A model generated the notes under the pieces. That model was not told where the DNA came from, did not search any database, and worked only from the letters and a program-made list of their open reading frames with translations. This document shows positions 1 to 13,647 of a stretch of 64,000 nt of DNA, one piece after another (the first letter of the stretch is position 1; each line of letters starts with the position of its first letter). The stretch is from Laetmonice hystrix. Taxonomy: Eukaryota. The stretch is from the NCBI GenBank assembly GCA_965235115.1, contig OZ249436.1, positions 16,618,001-16,682,000 on the forward strand, read 5' to 3'. Made by a program: the position numbers and the translations under genes.

Positions 1-600
1 CCACGTCAGTAAACAATCTCCAACGTCAGTAAACAATCTCCAACGTCAGTAAACAATCTCCAATGTCAGTAAACAATCTCCCACATCAGTAAACAATCTC
101 CAACATCAGTAAACAATCTCCAATGTCAGTAAACGATCTCCCACGTCAGTAAACGCTCTGCCATGTCAGTAAACAGCCATGTCGGTAAACAATCTGCCAC
201 ATCGGTAAACAATCTCCCACGTCAGTAAACAATCTCCCACATCCCTGCAATACTGGACTACTGGGCAGCACTGACGCCTGCAATACTGGACTAGTTTGTG
301 GGACCGACGCCTGCAAAACTGGACTACTGGGCAGCATTGACGCCTGTAACACTGGACTACTCGACATCAGTGACGCCTATAATACCGGACTACTGGGCAG
401 TAGTGACGCCTGTCACACTGGATTATTGGCAGCATTGACTCCTGTAACACTTAAGTACTGGGCAGTACTGACGCCTGGAATACTGGAAGACTGGGCAGCA
501 CTGACGCCAATAATACTGCACTAAATACCGACGCCTGCAACCCTAAGGCCTGAAACACTGGGATCCCAACAGCATCACTGACGCTTGTAACCCTAGAGTA
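1..600. repeat. 20-bp minisatellite (1-240) followed by a degenerate ~31-bp minisatellite (243-600)
   Basis: Units CCACGTCAGTAAACAATCTC and GACGCCTGYAAYACTGGACTACTGGGCAGYA. Confidence 0.9.
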
Positions 601-754
601 CCTGGCATGATGTTACGCTATCACAACACCCCTCTACACAGTAACACGATCATCTCAACCCGATAAATCATGCATGGAAACGGCAACTGGTGGCGCCCTC
701 TAACAGAACATGTGGTCTCATATTTTGGGCATGGTTCAACTTTACAAGGCTTCT

Positions 755-1430
755 TATTCACTCAGTTGTGTCACACACCTAGACCAGCCTAGTACATTCA
801 CCCAGTTGTGGCATATGCCTAGACTGGCCTAGTACATTCACCTGTGTTGTGTCACACACCCAGACCTGTCTAGTACATTCATCCTGTTGTGTCACACACC
901 CAGACCTGTCTAGCACATTCACCCTGTTGTGTCACACACCCAGACAGGCCTATTACATTCACCCTGTTGTGTCACACACCTAGACAGGCCTAGTACATTC
1001 ACCCTGTTGTGTTACACATCCAGACAGGCCTAGTACATTCACTCTGTTGTGTTACACATCCAGACAGGCCTAGTACATTCACCCTGTTGTGTCACACATC
1101 CAGACAGGCCTAGTACATTCACCCTGTTGTGTCACACACCCAGACCTGTCTAGTACATTCATCCTGTTGTGTCACAACTAGTACATTCACCCTGTTGTGT
1201 CACACATCCAGACAGGCCTAGTACATTCACCCTGTTGTGTCACACATCCAGACAGGCCTAGTACATTCAGCCTGTTGTGTCACACACCCAGACCTGTCTA
1301 GTACATTCATCCTGTTGTGTCACAACTAGTACATTCACCCTGTTGTGTCACACATCCAGACAGGCCTAATACATTCACCCTGTGGTGTCACACATCCAGC
1401 CAGGCCTAGTACATTCACCCTGTTCCTGTG
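755..1430. repeat. 40-bp minisatellite
   Basis: Unit TAGTACATTCACCCTGTTGTGTCACACATCCAGACAGGCC. Confidence 0.95.
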
Positions 1431-1929
1431 CCAACAATGCCATCTCATCGATAAGATCTTGAAAGAATTGTGATATAATTCTCCCAAGATTAGATCAAAC
1501 CCCTCAGCCCTCCACCACAAATTACATTTTCAATATCATTTCACAAGTAGCCTACCGGCACACACACCATTGCGAATTTCTACCCTACCATATGGTCACA
1601 TACTGCCTGTGTGTGATATGGTCACACACTTCCTGTGTGTGACCATATAGTAGGCAGGAATGAGGCACTGTGTGTTGTTTCAGTACCTCGACTACAAGGA
1701 TGTAGGTTTGACAACTCCGCGTATTTTTAACCTTCGGTCTTTTCTCCTGAGACGGACTCACGGGCCAAGTACAGGCGGGCTGGGTGGGGGACTCGTTCGA
1801 ACCCTGATCGATTCAATGCCACCGGCACCTGGGCTGAGGTAGTCGTGCCTGCCTCAAACCATTGCCTGCCACTAGACAGGCAGCGCCAGGCCAGGCAGGT
1901 TAAACATGCACTAGCGACGGCTGTACTGC

Positions 1930-2648
1930 GCACCACCCTATCACAGGGTGAGCACCCGTCCCACACCACCCTATCACACAGTGAGCACCCGTCCCACACC
2001 ACCCTATCACACAGTGAGCACCCGGCCCACACCACCCTATCACACAGTGAGCACCCGTCCCACACCACCCTATCACACCGTGAGCACCCGGCCCACACCA
2101 CCCTATCACACAGTGAGCACCCGTCCCACACCACCCTATCACACAGTGAGCACCCGTCCCACACCACCCTATCACACAGTGAGCACCCGTCCCACACCAC
2201 CCTATCACAGAGTGAGCACCCGTCCCACACCACCCTATCACACAGTGAGCACCCGTCCCACACCACCCTACCACACAGTGAGCACCCGTCCCACACCACC
2301 CTATCACACCGTGAGCACCCGGCCCACACCACCCTATCACAGAGTGAGCACCCGTCCCACACCGCCCTATCACACAGTGAGCACCCGGCCCACACCACAT
2401 TATGATACAGTGAGCACCCGTCCCACGCCACCCTATCACACAGTGAGCACCAGGCCCACACCACCCTATCACACAGTGAGCACCCGTCCCACACCGCCCT
2501 ATCACACAGTGAGCACCCGGCCCACACCACATTATGATACAGTGAGCACCCGTCCCACGCCACCCTATCACACAGTGAGCACCAGGCCCACACCACCCTA
2601 TCACACAGTGGGCACCCGGCCCACACCACCCTATCATACAGTGAGCAC
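1930..2648. repeat. 36-bp minisatellite
   Basis: Unit CACCACCCTATCACACAGTGAGCACCCGTCCCA-like, about 20 copies. Confidence 0.95.
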
Positions 2649-3184
2649 CCCCCCCCCCCCCCCCCCCCCATTACCGAATGTTACCATGCAGGGGTAATCC
2701 GTCAACCAGCCACCCACCCGCCGAACCCAAACCTATTGGCCCATGGATACGTTTATGGATACTGGGTGACGACAATGTATACAGTTCACTTAGCGACGCT
2801 GATCTGCTGTCCACGGATGGGTGCACACCCAGCAGTGGAGGGTGACCAGGCAGGAAGGATTGATCATACCGTGCTCACCCAACCGTGACCTTCAGACCTC
2901 CACTCACACACATTGATAGTCCTCCAGTCCCAGCACAACCCTATTATTCCGACAACACTCGTGTTGGTTTTTGATATCATTATCGTTTTAATTGTCATTC
3001 ATGTTACAAAGGACTCACACAAACAAATGCCTTGATCCTGTAAAACCACCAGCAGTGGCAGTCATGCAGTAACAAAGTTATATCTTGGACACTTCCTTTT
3101 TCTTTGCAAAAGGAGTTTTCCTGGCTAACCTATACAAATACTTATCTGACAGAACGCCGTCCGGTCAGCCAGCCCCCCACCCCC

Positions 3185-4080
3185 ACCACCCTCCACCCTG
3201 GCCCAGACAGACCGCCGCCCGGTCAGCCAGCCACCCTCCACCCTGGCCCTGACAGACCGTGGCCCGGTCAGCCAGCCACCCTCCACCCTGGCCCTGACAG
3301 ACCGTGGCCCGGTCAGCCAGCCACCCTCCACCCTGGCCCGGTCAGCCAGCCACCGTCCACCCTGGCCCTGACAGACCGTGGCCCGGTCAGCCAGCCACCC
3401 TCCACCCTGGCCCTGACAGACCGTGGCCCGGTCAGCCAGCCACCGTCCACCCTGGCCCTGACAGACCGTGGCCCGGTCAGCCAGCCACCCTCCACCCTGG
3501 CCCTGACAGACCGTGGCCCGGTCAGCCAGCCACCCTCCACCCTGGCCCTGACAGACCGTGGCCCGGTCAGCCAGCCACCGTCCACCCTGGCCCTGGCAGA
3601 CCGTGGCCCGGTCAGCCAGCCACCCTCCACCCTGGCCCTGACAGACCGTGGCCCGGTCAGCCAGCCACCCTCCACCCTGGCCCTGACAGACCATGGCCCG
3701 GTCAGCCAACCACCCTCCACCCTGGCCCGACAGACCCTGGCCCGGTCAGCCAGCCACCCTCCACCCTGGCCCTGACAGACCGTGGCCCGGTCAGCCAGCC
3801 ACCGTCCACCCTGGCCCTGACAGACCGTGGCCCGGTCAGCCAGCCACCGTCCACCCTGGCCCTGACAGACTGTGGCCCGGTCAGCCAGCCACCCTCCACC
3901 CTGGCCCTGACAGACCGTGGCCCGGTCAGCCAGCCACCCTCCACCCTGGCCCTGACAGACCGTGGCCCGGTCAGCCAGCCACCCTCCACCACGGCCCTGA
4001 CCGGCCACCGTCCGGTCAGCCACCACCCTGAGCCTCCACCACGGCCCCGTGTGACCGCCGTCCGGTCAGCCACCACCCGC
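3185..4080. repeat. 45-bp GC-rich minisatellite
   Basis: Unit CACCCTCCACCCTGGCCCTGACAGACCGTGGCCCGGTCAGCCAGC. Confidence 0.95.
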
Positions 4081-4207
4081 CACCATGGGCAAGCGGGTTT
4101 GGTGTATCAAACGTACACGTGTCTACCCGTGCAGTATGTATTCACAGGCCCACGCTATACACCAGCGCATGTCATTATCACAGTTCCACAGTTCGGTCAA
4201 CTATTAT

Positions 4208-4745
4208 GGTCCCCGTACTTGTCAATACCACACACGTATCACAGGCCCAGGCTAGGGTCCCCGTACCTGTCAATACCACACACGTATCACAGGCCCAGGC
4301 TAGGGTCCCCATACCTGTCAATAGCACACATGTATCCACAGGCCCAGGCTAGGGTCCCCGTACCTGTCAATAGCACACATGTATCCACAGGCCCAGGCTA
4401 GGGTCCCCGTACCTGTCAATAACACACATGTATCACAGGCCCAGGCTAGGGTCCCCGTACCTGTCAATAGTACACATGTATCAACAGGCCCAGGCTAGGG
4501 TCCCCGTACCTGTCAATAGTACACATGTATCAACAGGCCCAGGCTAGGGTCCCCGTACCTGTCAATAGTACACATGTATCAACAGGCCCAGGCTAGGGTC
4601 CCCGTACCTGTCAATAGCACACATGTATCACAGGCCCAGGCTAGGGTCCCCGGACCTGTCAATAGCACACATGTATCACAGGCCCAGGCTAGGGTCCCCG
4701 TAGCTGTCAATACCACCCATGTATGTACATACATCCACAGGCCCT
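4208..4745. repeat. 48-49-bp minisatellite
   Basis: Unit AGGCCCAGGCTAGGGTCCCCGTACCTGTCAATAGYACACATGTATCAC. Confidence 0.95.
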
Positions 4746-4945
4746 AGACTGCTGAGTGATGCCCGGGACGCGCCTGCTGCACAGGATCATTTTCATATAC
4801 TACTGATGGCGATTTTCCCACCCGCCACAGCACCGTTCTGTAGACCCTTCCACTCCACCCCAAACTGCCCCGTTTGGCAGACCCCCAATTCCAAGGCGAT
4901 CAGACATGTATGGACTTTGTAAGTTAGTACAGTATTTATTGCTGA

Positions 4946-5107
4946 CCAGGGGGGCGTTGCACTAACATAGGACCGGTCCCATGTAGGACTGGTCCTACAG
5001 TAGGATCAAAGACCGTTAGTCCATCACCCCACGTTGGGTAGAGATTTCTTCATTCTTACACTGTAGGACTGATCCGGTCTTAGGACCATTAGTGCAACGC
5101 CCCCTGG
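4946..5107. mobile_element. Short MITE (probably Harbinger-like)
   Basis: TIR CCAGGGGG(G)CGTTGCACTAA / TTAGTGCAACGCCCCCTGG, with internal TAGGAC motifs. Confidence 0.65.
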
Positions 5108-7145
5108 ACTGGATCCTCGGGACTCAGTCTCATATATTTCACCAGGGGAGGCACTGTGTATTTACAGGCCCATTTGAAGTATTAGTTTGTAACTAATGTG
5201 ACGATTTACTGTCAGGTCCTGCATGAAGTTTGTAACTAATGACAACAATTTATCGGCAGGTCCTGCATGAAGTTTATGACTATGATTTATCGTCAGGTCA
5301 TGCATGAAGTTTGTAACTTATGATGATCATTTACCGTCAGGTCCTGCATGAAGTTTATGACGATTTATGGTCAGGTCCTGCATGAAGTTTGTAATAACTG
5401 GAGACATTTTACCATCACACGATGTATTCATGGATGTACAACAGTCTTCTATGTAATTATCATTACCACCATCGATTTTCTGTTGCCTAGCAACTGTTCC
5501 GACTAAGGCTATCGGCCAACTGCCACTTAATGTCGAGTCATCAAGGACCAGGGCTGTGTGGATAACGGTGTGGGCAGGGATAGAATGGTGCAACTAGAAT
5601 TTACCAACGAGTATCCGAGTATCCATTGAAGAAAACGGGAGGCTGTCAGTGTTGAAGACAAAACGGGAGGCCATAAGTGTGGCCGTCAGTGTTACAGACA
5701 AAATGGGAGCCCGTCAGATTGGCGATGGGAATACAAGCGACTCGCGCCAGCTGTCAGTCTGGTGTGGCATACAACTACAGATATGTTTGTGTCTGTCATC
5801 AGGACCAGACTACACCAAGACAGCCGCAGGGAGCGAGGGTATGGGGAGGGGTAGAGTTGGGAAAGGGCTGGAGTATGGGGTATGGGCAGTGGGGTGATGA
5901 TGAGGGCATTTCATCACTGTAAGCTCCGCCAGACACCAATTCAATCCCTGTCCTAATACATCAAGTTAATTAGTTAGCCGGTAAGAAAACATCCATTATT
6001 ATGGTTGTAATTTTCAATGGGAATGTCTCCTTCTAATGTGCAATTTACTGATAATTACTTGATTAATCTTTGTTCTATTTATATCTTAAATCAATAGACG
6101 GATTCCCCTGGTAGCGTTATGGTTCAGGACCCAGGCAGTGAGCTTATAACATTAACTTTGACAGAACATCAGAACTCCTGTCCTAGTGACGTTAGAGTCA
6201 CTCTGTAGTCAGACCTGGGCCCTGTCTTAGTGACGTTAGTGTCACTCTGTAGTCAGACCTGGGCCCTGTCTTAGTGATGCTAGTGTCACTCTGTAGTCAG
6301 AACTGGGCATAGCATGCTCAACTCTGAGCACCATCATCTAAAATTAAAATTAACTCATCTTCCACACTCCAGTTAGCAGCCCTCTTCCTTCCTTTCCCAA
6401 CTTTGCCCTTCATGAGTGTCTTTGTGAAATAATAATGTGAAAAAACGACCACAAAAGTCGGCAGGAACATTTGCAAGTCGTGTATAAAAATACGCGCCAG
6501 CAGACAATCGCTCAAACAACTTGACACACTTATTGTTATTGTGACGTAATCTATTGTCACCAGTGACGTCGTTCATTGTCGTTAGTGACGTCGTTCATTG
6601 TCATCAGTGACGTAATAGAATCTTGCATTGTCTAGAGTTGAGAACGGGTTCTCAAGCCTGAGATGCTTGGAGAAACGGCTAAGAACCGCTGAGTACGCCA
6701 TTGAGCACGCCAGTTGAGCATACGTTCTCAAAAATCCTTGAGATGTTTCGAGAAACCGGGCCCTGGGGTCTGCATTAATCCAGGGGTTACACTCACAATC
6801 TATATGAAACAACAATATATTTTAAAAGTCTATTGAACATTCGATCGAAAAATGAGTCTGTTTTAAGTTGCAGGTAAAACCTGAAATAAAATGTCACAAC
6901 CATAACCCTTGAAACGCTTGAAATGACTACTCTACACTGACCAGAGGACCAGGGCGTACCAGGGCCAAGACCTGCCATGGCATGCCAGGGCACACCAAAG
7001 CCTGCCATGGTATACCAGGAGCGACCAGAGCCTGCCGTGGCGTACCAGGGCCAAGCCACATGCCTTCACCACTTACCAGTAATAAGTTGATAATAAACAG
7101 CTAGTCTCCTGGACAAACTGGACTCTGATGAAATCAAGGTTATTC

Positions 7146-7343
7146 CTCCATGATAACTTCCCCACAAATTTTTTTGGGTAGGGGTTCGGATTACGGTCAG
7201 GGATAGGGATGGGGATAGGATAGGGATATATATATATGTTTTTGGGAGGTGTAGGGACCAGGGTTAGGGGTTAGGGATAAGGTCAGGGTTATTGATCTTT
7301 ACTTTCGACCAAATTTTGTGGGGTTTAACTAAGTTATCACGGG
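7146..7343 (-). mobile_element. MITE with degenerate TTAGGG/ATAGGG core (copy 1)
   Basis: Termini CCATGATAACTT-CCCCACAAATTT / AAATTTTGTGGGG...AAGTTATCACGG; homologous to 58108-58617. Confidence 0.65.
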
Positions 7344-7734
7344 CGCTGTACCAAAATCAATTGCTGCCAGTCTTCTGACTAAATGTTCTCATTGTGATAT
7401 TACTTGTGACCTGACTGGAGATACCCGGTGTATTCCTTCAGCTTCTACAGAATTGTAAGGCGGGGGACTCACACACAGGAGGACCAACCCTTACTTTTAC
7501 CCTAGCCGATATCTCTTGTTTAAAAATTCACTAAATTTTATATAGGCAAAATTAAATTGTTATACATGTACAGGACCTTCACACTGGGAGAATCCCCCTG
7601 ATCTCCGGCCTGCTGCTGATAACTACCAACAGGGCCGGAATCCCCCTGATCCCCAGCCTGCTGCCGATAACTACGCCAGGGGAATCCCCCTGATCCCCGG
7701 CCTGCTACTATGTGTACACAAAACTGACACCTAC

Positions 7735-7989
7735 CTGGTAACAGGTGATGAGGAGTGCAGCGAAGGTGAAAGCTCCGGTGATTCCCTGCGCGGCACTGGT
7801 TTGTAGGAAGATCTTGGGAAGCTGGTGGAACGAGCCGTTATGTATTGGGCTGAGAGAGCTGAGCAGGGAGTCGTTGAGGGCAGTTGTGGTGGTGATCTCC
7901 GCCACCCCGCCGGCAGCCGCAGAGCTCCCGCTGGCCCCGGGCCCGCCCCCGGCCGCCGGGGGACTGTGAGGGGTAACGGTGTCGTTCAT
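7735..7989 (-). CDS. TMEM184B: TMEM184A/B-like transmembrane protein, first coding exon (85 codons); downstream exons not found in window
   Basis: Translation MNDTVTPHS...IFLQTSAAQGITGAFTFAALLITCYQ resembles the TMEM184B motif FLxTxAAQxIxGxFxxxALLITCxQ. Acceptor TTCCAG ends next to 8013 and a phase-0 donor CAG|GTAGGT lies at 7734. A versus B paralog assignment is uncertain. Confidence 0.85.
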
Positions 7990-10097
7990 ACTGGTGGTGG
8001 TGGGGGAACTCAGCTGGAACCACAACAATGACAGCGTGAGAGACCAACACTCACTGACCTCACAGTCAGCCAGGGCTGACCTCACAGTCTGCCAGGGGAG
8101 TGGGGATCAAGTTGCTAACTGAGTTCTACACTTTCATGTCAGGGACTGAAACAGTTCAACATTAAGAAAATTAAAGACACACAAATAACAAACTAACTAG
8201 CGTTAAAACATAAAATATAAAGTATCATACACTCATTCACTGACACAGTCGGCTTCAAAATGTAAGCATTCATTCACAATGTCAATGTCAGCATTACATT
8301 CGTGAACAACATTCACAATGAAAGCATCATTGACACATTGACACTGATACATTTACAACGAAAGTTCATTGACACATTGACATTGATTCACAATGAAATA
8401 GTATCACTGACACATTGACATTGACACTAATACATGCAGACATGCCAAGTCTCACACATTGAACGTGAGACTCACGCATTTGGCCCTTTACTCCCGCTCT
8501 CACTCCAAGGGCCATAAATCTCACGCATTCTTCCTTCTCCCCAACTATTCTGTAGCCATGCACGTTACCAACATCACCTTTGTCCAGAGCAGAAAGGAAT
8601 TTGTTTCAAGTCACTTAAAGAAGGTTAAAAGGGCATTTTTTGTGAGTAGGCCTAAAACCCAGGCACTATTTTGAGCAGGAAATATTCGCAAAATGCACTA
8701 TTTAGTGATTAATTTTCAAAAATTTGAAAATTAAGTCCGGAACGTGCCCCCGGACCCCCTCCTCCTGAAGGGTGGCGGCCGAAGGCAGGTGTGACACGCC
8801 GACAGTACTTGGAATCTCACTCTTTCAGGGCGCAATAACTTGGCATCTCTGTACATACATGTATTCCCAATGAAAGCACAACTTGAAAATTCACTGAGTT
8901 ACCTGCATGGGTCTGTAACGTGTAAGTGGTCTACTACCTCCCTGACTTGGATTTTAAAAAAGACAATAAAAAAAAGATGCACCTAGCCTGCTTTGAATTT
9001 ATTAATTCAGTATCCACGAATAAAAAAAAGTGTGTAAACTGGCATGCTTCAGTTGACTTAAATGCCTTTCCGATAAAAACCAGCACCCCACACCAAGCAG
9101 CCACTTCATGGCACATTCACATACATATTGATATATGCAAATATTGCCCATCTCTTATCCGTGCATATTAACATTGTGAACCGATTATAATGTTGAAAAC
9201 AATATTGGGAATATTCATAGACCTGTATTAACAATACTGACTACAGCCAGACCTTATCTATCGCCAACTGGTATTCTTAGGTCTAAAACAAGTCAATACT
9301 TCAACAGTATTCTTAGAGCTCTATAAAATAATACTAATTAATATAAAATAATGTTGACAGAACAGAAATATTCTTCAGTAACAAACAAATTAACAATACT
9401 GAGAGTAGCTTATCCTAAGGTATTAAACTTAAAGGGAAACTAAATCAGAGTTCCATTATAACTTAGATGTACCTTTTTGCCTTATTACAGATACATCGCT
9501 GATTAACAAACGAGGTTAGGTATTGCTGAGCTGGGGTTTGAGGCTAAGATACTCAGCACGATACACAAGGATGTTGAAGGCTGGGAAATTACATTTGTAA
9601 TATGTATGTGTACTTACTAATTGTGTGTCACTGTGTGTACCTCAACTCTGATTACGGGTACTTACATAAACAATAAATTAATTTGGTATGTGTACAATAA
9701 GGAAACCCACACAATGAAAGCAGTTCTAACTTCTTGCCGTCACACTTAAAGCCAACTGCCACCAATTAAATGTTGATATTAAAGTGATCTTCCTGATGCA
9801 GCACGGTCAGGTTTGTAAACTTAGCAAACCTGAATCTACCAGTACCTGGGGTAGAAGGGTGGTGAGAGCTCTGCCCAGTGTGCTGACCACGGTTACATAG
9901 GAAGACTTGGTAGTATTGTGTGTGTCATTCATGGTGAACGTGTGTCTACAGCTCACACCTCATTCACAGTCTGGACGGTGCTGCCGGACAAAACATAAAC
10001 AACCACTACCCTTCAGAACACCTGGACAGGTAACAACACATCAACTCAACCTGCTCCAACTCCAAACTTATCTTGAGAATTTATTACTTGCACTCAC

Positions 10098-10229
10098 CGG
10101 GTACAGTAACACTCTCTTATCTGGCAGGCAATATGGAGTCAAAGTCTCACCTGATATCTTTAAAGTTTATACCGGTACAGGGTCGAAATACTTTAAAAAT
10201 GTTGATTCACAATTAACTACTGAGTAGAT
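10098..10229 (-). other. Possible 5'UTR exon of the TMEM184-like gene
   Basis: Minus-strand acceptor ...aaaccag| and strong donor CCG|GTGAGT at 10097, with an alternative donor CAG|GTGAGA near 10150. No transcript evidence. Confidence 0.3.
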
Positions 10230-10614
10230 CTGGTTTGTATTAAAAAGCACTATTTTGCGACTCATCTCTTTTAAAATTTGATTTGAAAAAAAGTTAAGTT
10301 GCCTGAAAAACACACATCGTGGACCAGTCACCTGAACTGAATGAACAGTATGTTGTGCATGCATAATTTGTCTTCTCGTCCAGATGCAGAACTGGAATAT
10401 TTGACTTTTTGGACAATGACTGCCTTGGACAACTGAATTAATTACTTTATTGTTCACTGGTCATTCAAAGTTTGAAGTATGGAGACCTATGTCAGGGAGC
10501 CCTGTTTATCCATACTGAGGAACTTTGTTACCAGTATCGAGCTAACTCCAGTATCAGACTTGACCTGCATTCTCACTGATATCATAAGGACTACCGGTAC
10601 TGATCCTGTCTCCA

Positions 10615-11560
10615 CCCCTCTGACTGCTTGAAACATTACCAGCCATCTGACTGCTTGATCAGCCCTACGACTGCTTGCTACCACTACCAGCCCTCTGAGT
10701 CTGACTGCTTGCTACCAGCCCTCTAACTGCTTGCTACCAGCCCTATGACTACTCGATACCAGCCTTTTGACTACTTACTACCAACCCTCTGACTGCTTGC
10801 TACCAATCATCTGACTGCTTGCTGGCCATCCCTCGGACTGCTTGCTACCAACCACCTGGCTGCTTGCTACAATCCCTCTGACTGCTTGCTACCAACCCTC
10901 TGACTGCTTGCTACCAATCAGCTGACTGCTTGCTGGCCATCCCTCTGACTGCTTGCTACCAACCTTCTGGCTGCTTGCTACAATCCCTCTGACTGCTTGC
11001 TACCAACCCTCTGACTGCTTGCTGGCCATCCCTCTGACTGCTTGCTACCAACCTTCTGGCTGCTTGCTACAATCCCTCTGACTGCTTGCTACCAACCCTC
11101 TGACTGCTTGCTGGCCATCCCTCTGACTGCTTGCTACCAACCTTCTGGCTGCTTGCTACAATCCCTCTGACTGCTTGCTACCAACCCTCTGACTGCTTGC
11201 TGGTCATCCCTCTGACTGCTTGCTACCAACCCTCTGACTGCTTGCTACCAACCATCTGACTGCTTGCTGGCCATCCCTCTGACTGCTTGCTACCAACCAC
11301 CTGGCTGCTTGCTATAATCCCTCTGACTGCTTGCTACCAACCCTCTGACTGCTTGCTACCAACCATCTGACTGCTTGCTGGCCATCCCTCTGACTGCTTG
11401 CTATCAACCTTCTGGCTGCTTGCTACAAATTACAATCCCTCTGACTGCTTGCTACCAACCCTCTGACTGCTTGCTACCAATCAGCTGACTGCTTGCTGGC
11501 CATCCATCTGTCTGCTTGCTACCAACCTTCTGACTGCTTGCTACCAACCCTCTGACTGCT
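10615..11560. repeat. 22-bp minisatellite with higher-order variant cycling
   Basis: Core CTGACTGCTTGCT alternating with ACCAACCCT / GGCCATCCCT / ACCAACCTT / ACAATCCCT variants. Confidence 0.9.
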
Positions 11561-13195
11561 CAGTGTCAGTAGACCTTCTGATCACTACCAGCCCCCTGAC
11601 AGATCACTACCCCTGCCCGGCTGATCACAACCAGTCTCTGACTTTTCACTAGTACCAGGCCTGACTGAGCACTACCAGCCCCCCTGGCAGATCACTAACC
11701 CCCCCCCCCAACCCCCAACCCCCCCCCCAACCCCCCGCCTGTCCAGCTGATCACTACCAGCCCTCTGACTAATCACTACCAGCTCCCTGACTCCTTGCTA
11801 CAAGCCCCTCCTTTTTTATAAATACCTCTTATAATTTATGTTATGACCCCTCAAAGTTTGTCGACGACACACTCAAAAGGACCCCTGGAGATGGACAGGA
11901 AACCCTAGTAACTAAAAGTACTGACTGGGAATGATCATGCAGGCAAGCGTGTCTTCACAGACATTGGCATTATATAACCTGGAGTTAATGATACGACAAG
12001 TTAACGTCGTAGAACTTAAAGACATGTATGATAAGAAATGATTATGCACCCCTGGCCCTGGTTTTTAGTTTGCAAACCGAGTCTTAAGACTAATCTCTTG
12101 TTTCAGCGCTTCTGATTGGTCTTTCAAATGAAGTCAGCCAATCAGAGACCATAACACAAGTCAGTATTAAAATTCCAGTGTTAAGATTGGTAAAATGACG
12201 AACTAAAATCCGTGTCAGGACTGGGTAGATCTAGAATTTGGAATGGGGGGGGGGGGGGAGAATCTGACTAATGGGCAGAATGAGCAGGTGGGCGCAACCA
12301 CGCCCCCCCCCCCTCTCGGATTTGCCACTTAGAATATACTTGTGATAACAAATGGAATTCATGGGGTTTTTTTGGCTCGATACTAGATCTATACTAGATA
12401 AATCAATCTTCATTGTCATATCTCATGACAGTGATGACTGGTGCAGTGGTGAGAGTACCTACCACAGGACGCCACTGACTCAGTCATCACAGTCAGACAA
12501 TGGCCATCAGCAACATAAAAAATAAAAAATTCAGTTGTAGACCTCTAATCAGTCTAGTCATTGTCATTGTCGTTGACATGATTGTCAAACTCAAAGCCAA
12601 AGGGAATTGTACTTGGCGTAGAGGGCACCACAGAGTCGTCTGATTGCTGTCTACAAAAATAATCGCAGTGACATCGTAAGAGTACTCAGACTGTCTCAGT
12701 ATTTTTGTATTATTGTCACACTCATACTCATAGACATAGTCACATAGTACTGTACCATACCAACGTCGACTACTGTGACTGTAGTGTAGTACTAGTCTAG
12801 AGTCTAGTGTAGCCTGTACCATACTATAGTCGTGTAGAGAGGTCTAACCTACCGTCTAACCTAACGTTAGATCATTAGATGTACCCGGTACTTGTTAGTG
12901 TCTGAGAGTAGTGACAGCAGATACGGTCCGGGCTGGTCGCCCCTGGAAACCAGTACGCCATAGGCCTACCGTATGTACTAATGGACCGGCCCCTGAGAGC
13001 CCGCGGTCCCTGGCCAAACTGGGTGGGACGGCCCCCCCGGCTCCACGTCCCGAGGCTGTACCATGGTCGGCCCCCGTCAACACCAGACACCGCCAACAAC
13101 ACAGCCTACACCGTCCCCACTCGACCACCCCCCACCACACATCACCATCACGATCACTCAGTCACTCACAGCATTGTCAAGTAAATGAGCCATAC

Positions 13196-13647
13196 CTCCT
13201 TCTCCCAGGCCTTGTCCTTCTAATATTGTAGTTGATACAGTTCTCTTAGTTTGTTAAATGTAAATTCCAGCAGGTTGTGTGGCTCTTCGTAACGTTTCAA
13301 TACCACATATGACAGGGGTTTCCTGGAGAAAATCTAAACCCATCCCTCCATCAAAACAAAATGGCACCAAACTCACGACGCATGCGTCAATCACGATGAT
13401 GTCATAATTGGCATTTTTAATGAAAATAGAGACTCTTAACAACTATTTTCCGACAGGAGTGATCATAGGGCTTCGATACAGACTTCTTCTTCGTCAGAAT
13501 CAGGCTCAAAAGACAGATAGCGTTGAATTACGCGCCTACATTAAACGATACAAAACTGTCACTCGACTGTCTTTGGCTGCTGCAGTCACCGGATAGGTTC
13601 TCCTGTCGTGGAGGTAAAATGTCCACCGGATGTGGCCACGAACAAGG
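13196..13647. promoter_or_regulatory. Probable original bidirectional promoter and first non-coding exons of TMEM184-like (-) and INTS1 (+)
   Basis: CpG-containing unique DNA between divergent genes. It has a minus-strand donor GAG|GTATGG at 13195, a plus-strand donor GAG|GTAAAA at 13614 and an ETS-like CCGGATGT near 13626. Confidence 0.45.

Noticed and set aside
2760..2885. Candidate second TMEM184 coding exon
   Set aside because: The frame I translated does not match the expected IYxHLRxY...EQRxIVRILF segment, and I saw no such motif in 1-7734. The next exon is probably outside the window.
1727..4401. Long Cys-, His- or Pro-rich ORFs (314, 249, 365 aa and others)
   Set aside because: These are translations of 36- and 45-bp minisatellites, open in several frames on both strands, inside an intron.
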